Origin: Candidatus Fibrimonadaceae bacterium
GTDB lineage: Bacteria > Fibrobacterota > Fibrobacteria > Fibrobacterales > Fibrobacteraceae
Direction of reading: 5' to 3'
Assembly (NCBI GenBank): GCA_031286305.1
Contig: JAITUM010000172.1
Coordinates: 1-32,000 of the forward strand
DNA: 32,000 nt
Below are positions 24,652-32,000 of this stretch, piece after piece; position 1 is the first letter of the stretch, and the number at the start of each line of letters is the position of its first letter. Under the pieces are notes generated by a model that worked only from the letters and a program-made list of their open reading frames with translations, searched no databases and was not told the DNA's origin. The translations under genes were made by a program, and so were the position numbers.

Positions 24652-25494
24652 CTAGACTCTTGCGCTTTCAATGCTGAATAGCAGAATTCCTTCGCAGCCT
24701 AAGTCTCGCAGTTTGTCCATAACGGAGTTCACTTCTTCGCTTTTTACCATTGCTTTGACTGAGCACCAGTTTTGGTTTTTAAGCGTTGTCACGGTGGGGG
24801 ATTCCAAGCCCGGTGTTATGGCGCATGCTTTTTCCAGCAGGTTTGAGGGAACATTGTATTCCACCATTTTATAGCTCATAGCAACCAATTTGCCTTCTAT
24901 GCGGCGGCTAAGGGTGCAAACTTCCGGGCTATTTTTGCGGTCTGGGTGAGCAAATAATGCCGCATTGCTTTTGAAAAGCGGTTCGCCCAAAATGCGCAAT
25001 CCGGCTTGTTTTAGCGTTGTTCCTGTTTCTACCACATCCACAACGGCATCTGCCACGCCAAGCCCCACAGAAATTTCAACAGCACCTTCCAAAAACACAA
25101 GTTCCATATCCGGTTTTTTAAAATAACTGCGCACAATGCTTGGGAAGCTTGTTGCTATGCGTAGTTTTTTTAGTTCGTCTAAACTTTTATAATCGCTTTG
25201 CTCGGGAATGGCGGCGCAGTGTTTGCTTGCGCCAAAAGGCAGGTCTAGTATTTTCACAGCAGGGCTTAGAGCTTCTGCGCAAAAGTCTATGCCTGTTATG
25301 CCTGCATCTATTATGCCTTTGCCAACATACATGGGAATGTCGCTTGGTCGCAAAAAATAAAATTCAATGCCGTTAGCAGTGTCAATGGAGCTTAAAGTTT
25401 TTGAGGGTTTATTGGCTTTATATCCGCAAGCTCTCAGCAAATCCATAGCCGGCTCGGCCAGCATACCCTTATTAGGAACAGCAACTTTTATCAT
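24652..25494 (-). CDS. hisG: ATP phosphoribosyltransferase (long form)
   Basis: Start taken at ATG 25494 (MIKVAVPNKGMLAEPAMDLL), which avoids overlap with the upstream gene. A C-terminal regulatory-domain-like region is present. Confidence 0.9.
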   Translation of the reverse strand: MIKVAVPNKGMLAEPAMDLLRACGYKANKPSKTLSSIDTANGIEFYFLRPSDIPMYVGKGIIDAGITGIDFCAEALSPAVKILDLPFGASKHCAAIPEQSDYKSLDELKKLRIATSFPSIVRSYFKKPDMELVFLEGAVEISVGLGVADAVVDVVETGTTLKQAGLRILGEPLFKSNAALFAHPDRKNSPEVCTLSRRIEGKLVAMSYKMVEYNVPSNLLEKACAITPGLESPTVTTLKNQNWCSVKAMVKSEEVNSVMDKLRDLGCEGILLFSIESARV

Positions 25495-25513
25495 TTGGGA
25501 GTAATATAGAAAA

Positions 25514-27607
25514 CTAAGCCCTAAGATCCAGGCTGTTTTTTTCTTTTTTTTCTGCAACTTTCAGAATATGAACTTTTGGCGTTTTGCCATAAATGAGTTC
25601 GCCAAGAGACAGACCGATATCTGCCAGCTCCTTTGCCAAAGTTTCCCTTTCCTCTTTCACCGCGTCGCTGGCTGTTCCAGCATCGTCTTGAAAACGGATA
25701 TTCAAAATATTTTTGCTTAAAACTAAATCCACATGTACTTTGCCAAGTTTTTTTGTATTAGTTTCTATTGAAAAAGAAAGCGCGGAATCTTGTCGTTTTT
25801 TGGAACTGCCTTTGCGCTCGTCTTTTATTTTCAACCGCCCTTTTTGCAACTCTCCTTCGTGCATAAAATAAAATACATTTTCTTTGTCGATTTGCGGACG
25901 GGTATCCTGGTCAATGCGTGTCCATTGAATTTGCTCTTTCAAATTTTGCAGCACATTGCGAATTTCTTCGTGCGTTTTTGCTTGTTCGCTAAAATTTACA
26001 TTTTGCTGTACTTGTTGCTCGGTATATTTAAACAAAATTTTCTCAATTGCTTTTTGCAAAGCCTCCGGTTGCCACACTTTGCCCGTTGGCAGTTCCTGCA
26101 ATAATTCTCTCCTAACCGGCTCCGGCAAATTTTTAAATAAATCTCCCTCATAATTTCCAAGCGGCTGGTACTTTAAAAGTTGAGCGCTGAGAGTTGAGCA
26201 TTGAGAGTTCCCCTCTTGAAAAACAGGTTGAGCGGTAAGAGAGGGGTGCCCGGAGGGCGGGGTGTGGTCTAGAGAAATGACTCTCCACAGTAAGTTTGCT
26301 TGTTCTTTTGTAACATTTGTTCCATGTTCGGTTTGCAGAGAAAGTTCGTGCATGGTGCTTGCAAAGGTTCTCACTATTTCCGGATTTTCCGGCAAATTTC
26401 CGAAAGATAAAATGGTATCTCTAATGCTTAATATCTGCGGAGTTAAAGGCAAATTTGTGCTTAACCAAAAATTTCTTTCTTCTTTTGGAATTTGCACACT
26501 AGCAGGCCAAGGTTGTAAAAAGTGGCTAGTGGCTAGTGGCTGGTGGCTAGTGGCTAGTGGTTGGGAAATTTTACTGGATGTTGTGGATTGAGGATTACTC
26601 GCCTTTGGCGATTCACCAGCGAAGTGTTCAGCGGGAAGGGTGTTAGGGATTGGGGAATTAATAGTTGGGGGTTGGTGGAGTGAGAGGGCTATTTCGATTT
26701 TTTGAGGGAGAGTTATTGTTGTTTTTGGCGGTAGTGGAATTTCAAATGAAGGTCTATTTTCTGTTTTTTCCGGTTGCGCATTTTTTATTAACGGTGTAAT
26801 CACAAGGCTTTCGGCTTTTGGAGTGACAATGGCAAAAACAGGTTTTTCACTGAATACGGTAGATAGTTTTTTTGCCAAATCTTTTGGAACTTCAATGGCT
26901 GTTTTTTGCAACATAACAGCTTCCAATTCTTTTAGCGGAGCGTTTTGCAATTCTCGTGGAATGCCTAATTCTTTTAGTTCTTGCAAAGCGTGGAAAACCA
27001 CTTGAAAGGTTTGCGGCGATGCTACTGGAGCATTGGGGGCATTGGGAACGTTGCGAACATCCGTGCTTTCTTGCGTAACAATTTGCGAAGCAATGGAAAC
27101 AACGCTTATAAAATCGTTTTTTGAAAGAGCTAAGAGCAATTTATTTTCCTGTGGAATTTCCGGAGCAGGATTCAAAATTTTTACTGCTTCTGCAATTGCA
27201 AGTTTTAAGGCAGGTAACTGTTGCTTGTCTATAGGAGCGTTTAAATTTTGCTGGATAACTTCTAACAGTTTTAATAATTTTTTCACAGGAATATTTTCTT
27301 GATTTGCAGAAATATTATCTCTTACTTTCGATAAATCCTGAGCAAGTTCCGGAAATTTATTTTTTAATTCTACAATCAAACGAGAAATATCATCTATAAG
27401 TTTAAGCTTCTCAATATTCAACCTGGTAGCGGCTTTATCGTCAAACGTTTCTTTTAATTGAGAGTCTTTTTTAGTTGAGAGTTGAGAGTTAAGAGCTGAG
27501 AACTCCCTTTCCGCTTTGTATTTCGCTGGTGAACAGCTGGAGGCTGGTAGTTGAGAGTTATTCTCCATTCTCAATTCTCCACTTTCAACTAGACCTGAGT
27601 TTCTCAC
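25514..27607 (-). CDS. Pro/Gln-rich protein with FliK-like (Flg_hook-type) C-terminal domain; contains in-frame repeat elements
   Basis: The C-terminal ALSFSIETNTKKLGKVHVDLVLSKNILNIRFQDDAGTASDAVKEERETLAKELADIGLSLGEL follows the P..LG.V.V.L....L.V.F......L......L...L...GL.L pattern of hook-length control proteins. GTG 27607 overlaps the upstream stop (GTGA). An alternative ATG at 27568 lies 8 nt after GGAG. Confidence 0.55.
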   Translation of the reverse strand: MRNSGLVESGELRMENNSQLPASSCSPAKYKAEREFSALNSQLSTKKDSQLKETFDDKAATRLNIEKLKLIDDISRLIVELKNKFPELAQDLSKVRDNISANQENIPVKKLLKLLEVIQQNLNAPIDKQQLPALKLAIAEAVKILNPAPEIPQENKLLLALSKNDFISVVSIASQIVTQESTDVRNVPNAPNAPVASPQTFQVVFHALQELKELGIPRELQNAPLKELEAVMLQKTAIEVPKDLAKKLSTVFSEKPVFAIVTPKAESLVITPLIKNAQPEKTENRPSFEIPLPPKTTITLPQKIEIALSLHQPPTINSPIPNTLPAEHFAGESPKASNPQSTTSSKISQPLATSHQPLATSHFLQPWPASVQIPKEERNFWLSTNLPLTPQILSIRDTILSFGNLPENPEIVRTFASTMHELSLQTEHGTNVTKEQANLLWRVISLDHTPPSGHPSLTAQPVFQEGNSQCSTLSAQLLKYQPLGNYEGDLFKNLPEPVRRELLQELPTGKVWQPEALQKAIEKILFKYTEQQVQQNVNFSEQAKTHEEIRNVLQNLKEQIQWTRIDQDTRPQIDKENVFYFMHEGELQKGRLKIKDERKGSSKKRQDSALSFSIETNTKKLGKVHVDLVLSKNILNIRFQDDAGTASDAVKEERETLAKELADIGLSLGELIYGKTPKVHILKVAEKKEKNSLDLRA
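26178..26262 (+). repeat. Heptamer array plus degenerate core, copy D (inside the FliK-like ORF)
   Basis: AGTTGAG CGCTGAG AGTTGAG CATTGAG AGTTCCC (26178-26212) is followed by hairpin CCCCTCT...AGAGGGG (26210-26216 / 26240-26246) and G-rich heptamers TGCCCGG AGGGCGG GGTGTGG. Confidence 0.55.
26522..26688 (-). repeat. Heptamer-flanked repeat element, copy C (inside the FliK-like ORF, inverted relative to A and B)
   Basis: Six GTGGCTA-type units (26522-26563). The core on the minus strand is ACACCCTTCCCGCTGAACACTTCGCTGGTGAA... (26598-26643), 29 of 32 identical to copy A by hand alignment. G-rich heptamers occupy 26644-26688. Confidence 0.75.
27473..27590 (+). repeat. Heptamer-flanked repeat element, copy B (spanning the 5' end of the FliK-like ORF)
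   Basis: AGTTGAG AGTTGAG AGTTAAG AGCTGAG (27473-27500). Core 27501-27547 is AACTCCCTTTCCGCTTTGTATTTCGCTGGTGAACAGCTGGAGGCTGG, 38 of 47 identical to copy A. The right flank 27561-27590 is an imperfect inverted copy of the left array (23 of 30). Confidence 0.75.
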
Positions 27608-28563
27608 TCGCCTCTTTCTCTAGCTAAACGAATTACAGTTTCAACTTGGTCACGCGGGAGGCCCAGCCATTTTGCAATTTCACCTGGAGTGCGTCCTTGC
27701 CTTGCATAATCCATGATTTGCTTTTTTTCTCTAGCCCTTCGGTCGTAAGTTGTTTCGTCAGCGGGCGGTGGAGTGACTTTTGTGCTGTTTGGGCTTTGAA
27801 CTCTAATTGCTCCGGCACTGATTGTTCCTTCGCTATCCACGGCTCGTGTTTTTCCGGTGCCATATCTGCGCAGAGATTCAAGAGCTTCTGCCATTCTTTT
27901 TACTGCTTCGGTCACTCTTTGTTTTGCTGTTTTTCTCAAAGTGGGTTTGGGTTGTTCCTTGAACTCCGGCTCAGGTTCGGGCTCCGGTTCCGGCTGCATT
28001 TCTGCCGGTTTAACTTGTGGAAGCGGCGATGGGCGAAAGCGAGTTTGGAATATGGTTGAGTCTAAGCCTCCCAAAGGCGGTGGGGGAGCAGGCTCTGTTT
28101 GCAAATTCCTCAATCTTTCGGTGACCTTTTCGACCTCTTTGGAACGTCGGGTTATTTTTATTATCAAGAATATGATTATGGTGAGCAGTATGGCTGCGGT
28201 AATTGAAATTCCTTTTATCAAGGAGTCTATCAAGTCGCCTTCTTCTTCTTTTACGGTTTTGGGAGCTTCCGTTTTGCTAAGAGCGTTTCTGGTTATCGAA
28301 ATGCGTTCCCACAGATTTTTTTGAGTTTCCATAAGATTTTTCCGCAATCTTTCGTCGGTTTCTCTGCGCAACACAAAATTTATGGTTTCCAAAGAATCAT
28401 GCAGTTCTTGTAATTTTTCCGGGCTTGGCGTTCCGTGGATTGTTGTTTTGCTTGAAGTTTTTGGAAGCAGTTCGCTGGGGTTTAAACCTCCAAAATGCAC
28501 AAGGGCATAGAAGCCTCCAGCCAAGGCTATTAAAGCTAATAATATGGTAACGAGCTTTTTCAT
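27604..28563 (-). CDS. Membrane protein with Pro/Glu-rich linker and C-terminal helix-turn-helix-like tail
   Basis: Start taken at ATG 28563 (MKKLVTILLALIALAGG); the track uses GTG 28578. A second TM is AAILLTIIIFLIIKI, followed by an EPEPEPEPE tract. The C-terminal RTPGEIAKWLGLPRDQVETVIRLARERG resembles a sigma-70 region 4-like HTH. Confidence 0.55.
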   Translation of the reverse strand: MKKLVTILLALIALAGGFYALVHFGGLNPSELLPKTSSKTTIHGTPSPEKLQELHDSLETINFVLRRETDERLRKNLMETQKNLWERISITRNALSKTEAPKTVKEEEGDLIDSLIKGISITAAILLTIIIFLIIKITRRSKEVEKVTERLRNLQTEPAPPPPLGGLDSTIFQTRFRPSPLPQVKPAEMQPEPEPEPEPEFKEQPKPTLRKTAKQRVTEAVKRMAEALESLRRYGTGKTRAVDSEGTISAGAIRVQSPNSTKVTPPPADETTYDRRAREKKQIMDYARQGRTPGEIAKWLGLPRDQVETVIRLARERGE

Positions 28564-28568
28564 AAAGG

Positions 28569-28844
28569 TTAATCCCACATAATGTTTGGTGCAGGGTCTT
28601 TTAATTCTTTGTTATTTTTGGCTTCTTCAAATTTTTTCCTCAAATATTCGGAGCGGTTCTTTTCTTTTTCTCTTGCTTCAGCCATTTTTTTCTCAAGCTC
28701 CGCAGGTTTATTTTTCTCTTGTTCAAGAAATTCTTCCAAGCTTGCTTTCTTTTTTCGCTCTCTATGAGCCACAATTTCCTTAGCAAGGGTATCTACCACT
28801 AATACATTATCGCAGCACGGACAAACCATTTCAACATTGGACAT
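28569..28844 (-). CDS. Small protein with N-terminal CPCC motif and Lys/Glu-rich helical tail
   Basis: 91 aa. Begins MSNVEMVCPCCDNVLVVD and continues with a KKKASLEEFLEQEKNKPAELEKKMAEAREKEK coiled-coil-like region. Co-oriented with and adjacent to the downstream gene. Confidence 0.5.
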   Translation of the reverse strand: MSNVEMVCPCCDNVLVVDTLAKEIVAHRERKKKASLEEFLEQEKNKPAELEKKMAEAREKEKNRSEYLRKKFEEAKNNKELKDPAPNIMWD

Positions 28845-28901
28845 GGAGGTAATATAGTAAACGTATTAACTCAATGCCGGTTAGCAATAACTTTTATTCG
28901 C

Positions 28902-29903
28902 TTACGCTCTCTCCACAGGAATAAGCCCTTGTCCCTTAATTAGCTCTTGCAGTTGGTCGGCGGTTATTTTACCGGGGCTGTTTGCACCCGCAGCATGTGA
29001 AATTCGCTCTTCCATAACTGTGCCGTCAAAATCGGAGGCTCCGCAGTGCAGTGCTTTTAACGCGGTTTCCACACCAAGTTGCACCCAGTAGGCTTTTATA
29101 TGCGGAATATTATCCAAAACAAGCCTTGATATAGCTATTGTTCTTAAAATATCCTCTTCGCTGGTTCTGTTTTGAACGCGCCTGCCCAAAACGTTATTTT
29201 TCGGCAAAAATACCAAAGGCAAAAACGCTAAAAAACCACCCGTTTCGTTTTGCAAATTTCGCAGCATTTCCAAATGTTTAATTCTGTGTTCCATGCTTTC
29301 TATATGCCCAAACAACATTGTAGCATTTGTGGGAATGCCAAGTTTATGCGCCGTTCTATGAACATGCAACCACTCTTCGCCGCTCTCCTTTTCTCCGCAA
29401 ATTTGCTCTCTGATTTCTGGAACCAAAATTTCCGCACCACCGCCTGGCATCATGCTTAACCCCGCCTCTTTCAATTCGCTCAAAATACTTTCAACTAAGC
29501 GATTTTGCTGCTTTGCAAAGTGGCAAATTTCCACAGCGGTAAAGCATTTCAAATTCACAGCAGGAAACTCTTTTCTCAACATTTTTAACATATCCGTATA
29601 ATATGAAAACGGATTATCAGGATGCAATCCCCCCACTATATGCAGTTCACACGCCCCGGAATCAACGGCTTCTTTTGCCTTTGTCAAAATTTCGTTCAAG
29701 CTCATATTATAAGCAGCCGGCGAATCTTTTTTTATTTTAGAAAATGCACAAAAACTGCAACGCAAGCAACAAACATTAGTATAATTTATTTGCCGATTAC
29801 GAACCCAGCAAACCTTCTTGCCATGAAGTTTCTCTTTAAGAGCGTTGGCACGTGTTGTGAGTTCCTGAAAAGGAAGGTTAAGTAGCTCTTTAGGCGAGTT
29901 CAT
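28902..29903 (-). CDS. Radical SAM enzyme of the MqnC/MqnE (futalosine-pathway menaquinone biosynthesis) family
   Basis: 333 aa. INYTNVCCLRCSFCAF contains CxxxCxxC. HIVGGLHPD and TNATMLFGHIE are typical of CofH/MqnC/MqnE enzymes. MqnC and MqnE cannot be told apart by eye. Confidence 0.75.
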   Translation of the reverse strand: MNSPKELLNLPFQELTTRANALKEKLHGKKVCWVRNRQINYTNVCCLRCSFCAFSKIKKDSPAAYNMSLNEILTKAKEAVDSGACELHIVGGLHPDNPFSYYTDMLKMLRKEFPAVNLKCFTAVEICHFAKQQNRLVESILSELKEAGLSMMPGGGAEILVPEIREQICGEKESGEEWLHVHRTAHKLGIPTNATMLFGHIESMEHRIKHLEMLRNLQNETGGFLAFLPLVFLPKNNVLGRRVQNRTSEEDILRTIAISRLVLDNIPHIKAYWVQLGVETALKALHCGASDFDGTVMEERISHAAGANSPGKITADQLQELIKGQGLIPVERA

Positions 29904-31335
29904 CCAGTAACCTGTTTACCAAATTCGGATTCGCTTTGCCGCCGCTGTTTTTCATTATTTGGCCAACAAAGAAACCTCGTAGCTGCGCTTTGCCGCCCTT
30001 AAACTCTTGCCACTGAGCAGAATTTGCTTCTATAACTTTGCGCACAATCGCTTCTATTTCAGCAGTATCCGTTATTTGCACCAAACCTTTTTCTTTAATT
30101 ATTGAGTCCGGATCTTTACCGGTAGCCAGCATCTCTGCAAAAACGGTTTTTCCGATTTTTCCGGAAATAGTATTGTCTTCAATCAAGTTCACCATTTGCG
30201 CTAAATCTTCCGGCTTGAATTTCAACGCAGAAATACCGTTCTCCATTTCTTTCAGCTCACGCATAAGTTCGGAAGTCACCCAGTTTGCAAGGAGCTTGGG
30301 ATTTTTACAATTCTTAGAAGCAAGGTCAAACCAATCGCTAACTTCCTTATCTGCAGTTAGCACCTGAGCATCATAGGAACTCAAACCAAAATCGCTTTCA
30401 AAGCGAGCACGACGAGCATCGGGAAGTTCCGGCAAACTCTCTCTTATGCTATTTATCAAATTCTCGTCTATAAAAATTCTTAGCATATCGGGGTCGGGAA
30501 AATATTTGTAATCGTGGCTATCTTCTTTGCTGCGAATCACTATGGTTTTGTTATGGTTAGCATCATAGCGTTTTGTGCATTGCTCAACCTCTTTGCCGCT
30601 ATCCAAAGTCACCGCTTGCAAGGCCATTTCCGCTTCCAAAGCCTTTTGCAAATTTGAAAAACTGTTCAAATTTTTAATTTCCGCTCTTGTGCCAAACGGA
30701 GCATCTTCGCTTTTGCGAATAGACACATTACCATCGCAACGCATGTTGCCGTTCTCCATATTCGCATTTGAAACGCCTGTGTATTCCAAAATCTGTTTTA
30801 TTTTTTGCAGAACCAAAACCGCATCTTCAGAGCTTCTGATATCCGGTTCGGTCACTATTTCGCACAGCGGGGTTCCGCAGCGATTTGCATCAAAGTGGGA
30901 GCTTTCCGGTGAAAAATCATGAACCAGTTTTCCGGCATCTTCTTCCATGTGTATGCGCGTTATGCCAATGCGTTTTTTTTCGCCGTTTCCGCTGATTATT
31001 TCAATGTAGCCGTTTTTGCAAATTGGGTGGTCGTGAGCAGGGATTGTTCCGGTTTGAGTTATTTGGTAACCTTTTGGCGAATCCGGGTAAAAATAATTTT
31101 TGCGAGTCCAAAGCGCGCGTGTATCTATTTCGCAGTTCAAAGCAAGGCCAAGTTTAACGGCTAAATTCACCGCCTCTTTATTCGGAGCGGGCAGCGTGCC
31201 CGGAAGCCCAAGGCAAATTGGGCAAACATGCTTGTTTGGTTTTGTGTTAACCTCTATCTCACAGCCACAAAAAAGCTTTGTTTTAGTTGCAAGCTGGCAA
31301 TGTATTTCCAAACCAATAACAGGAGAATAATTCAT
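29890..31335 (-). CDS. gatB: Asp/Glu-tRNA amidotransferase subunit B
   Basis: 481 aa. PVIGLEIHCQL N-terminus, CPICLGLPGTLP, HMEEDAGK, and a YqeY-like C-terminal tail. Confidence 0.95.
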   Translation of the reverse strand: MNYSPVIGLEIHCQLATKTKLFCGCEIEVNTKPNKHVCPICLGLPGTLPAPNKEAVNLAVKLGLALNCEIDTRALWTRKNYFYPDSPKGYQITQTGTIPAHDHPICKNGYIEIISGNGEKKRIGITRIHMEEDAGKLVHDFSPESSHFDANRCGTPLCEIVTEPDIRSSEDAVLVLQKIKQILEYTGVSNANMENGNMRCDGNVSIRKSEDAPFGTRAEIKNLNSFSNLQKALEAEMALQAVTLDSGKEVEQCTKRYDANHNKTIVIRSKEDSHDYKYFPDPDMLRIFIDENLINSIRESLPELPDARRARFESDFGLSSYDAQVLTADKEVSDWFDLASKNCKNPKLLANWVTSELMRELKEMENGISALKFKPEDLAQMVNLIEDNTISGKIGKTVFAEMLATGKDPDSIIKEKGLVQITDTAEIEAIVRKVIEANSAQWQEFKGGKAQLRGFFVGQIMKNSGGKANPNLVNRLLDELA

Positions 31336-31396
31336 AGCGATAATGTAGAAATTTTCCCGCTACCCTCTTGTGTCTTGCATACCATTGCGGAAGGAG

Positions 31397-32000
31397 TTAC
31401 CACAAAAACATTGCTCGTGCAACAAAGGCGTTTCCGCGATCTCTAGGGAATACCCTAGAGTTTTCCACGCTAATTGCATAATGCCTGCTCATATAAGCTA
31501 TTGCCGGAGCGAATGTGTACTGCACCTTAGCGCCATCTAAGAAATGCCTTTCTTCACAACCATCATATTTTCCGGTTGAATGATGGTCAAACCTAGGCGT
31601 TGGAAAATTAAGATCGGATGCACACTCGCCTTTCCAAAGCCACCCTTGCTTTAACTGCACTTGAAAATGCTTTGCATGCTTTGCATAAACAAGCCAATCT
31701 ATAGACTGGCTATGCGGCCCTGCCTGACTACCTATGGGATAATTCAAATGCGCAAATTGAGCGGTATAAGGGTCAAAATGCGTGTATATATAAGGCTCAA
31801 TTCTCGAATATTCCGCTATGCTGCCGGCTTTCCATGCTCCGAAATTTTTTGCGTATTCAACGCCTGCCATCCATGCCCATTTTGCCTCTATATTATCGTT
31901 TCTAATTAAACTTTGAGGGCTTTCCATATCACCTAAGAAAAATTCCGAGTAAAGACGAAGCCCAATAGGAAATCTATAACTGAAATCAAAAGCAATAGAA
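31397..32000 (-). CDS. Outer-membrane beta-barrel protein, C-terminal part (gene continues beyond the window)
   Basis: The reading frame stays open from 31927 to base 32000 (SIAFDFSYRFPIGLRLYSEFFLGD precedes the track Met). It is rich in aromatic and Gly residues in alternating patterns and ends in ...ARAMFLW. The family is not assigned; a Wzi-like identity is only a guess. Confidence 0.5.
   Translation of the reverse strand, partial: SIAFDFSYRFPIGLRLYSEFFLGDMESPQSLIRNDNIEAKWAWMAGVEYAKNFGAWKAGSIAEYSRIEPYIYTHFDPYTAQFAHLNYPIGSQAGPHSQSIDWLVYAKHAKHFQVQLKQGWLWKGECASDLNFPTPRFDHHSTGKYDGCEERHFLDGAKVQYTFAPAIAYMSRHYAISVENSRVFPRDRGNAFVARAMFLW

Noticed and set aside
26522-26563. Considered the tandem repeats here and at 20965-21119 as CRISPR arrays
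   Set aside because: The units are 7 nt with no spacers, they lie in a coding frame or form inverted arms, and there are no cas genes.
27646-28324. Plus-strand ORFs 27646-28059 and 27857-28324
   Set aside because: They are antisense to the co-oriented minus-strand operon, are Cys/Ser/Phe-rich low-complexity translations, and have no SD.

Overview
AT-rich bacterial chromosomal window with no rRNA, tRNA or CRISPR. Bases 1-9638 are on the + strand: the 3' end of an Rhs/YD-repeat polymorphic toxin with an HExxH tip, three paralogous exported proteins plus a displaced toxin-tail remnant, a GC-rich structured spacer, then eno, an AI-2E/PerM permease, fabD, a 31-codon bS22-like basic peptide, rdgB, a hypothetical gene and typA. 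At about 9.6 kb orientation flips, and nearly everything to 32000 is on the - strand. In order this is a lipoprotein, rfbB, an IS110-family element (11.7-13.1 kb) with a candidate bridge RNA, and an Inovirus-like filamentous prophage with its core at 14.2-20.9 kb. The prophage carries a RepB/pMV158-type rolling-circle initiator, origin-like hairpins, a chain of micro-ORFs, a Zot/pI ATPase, pVI-like and pIII-like proteins, a 50-aa Pf3-like coat and a gV-sized protein. Downstream lie proC fused in frame to a SPOR domain, rho with a ~150-aa N-terminal low-complexity extension, hisG, a FliK-like Pro/Gln-rich gene, two small genes, an MqnC/MqnE-type radical SAM gene, gatB and a truncated outer-membrane barrel gene. 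Two signals stand out. (i) How the prophage integrated is open: an IS110 DEDD recombinase sits on one side, a host repeat on the other, and a dif-like motif next to rep. (ii) A repeat family built from a conserved ~45-nt core flanked by tandem heptanucleotide arrays occurs once at the prophage junction and three to four times in frame inside the FliK-like ORF. All functional calls come from motif recognition by eye; nothing was checked against a database.
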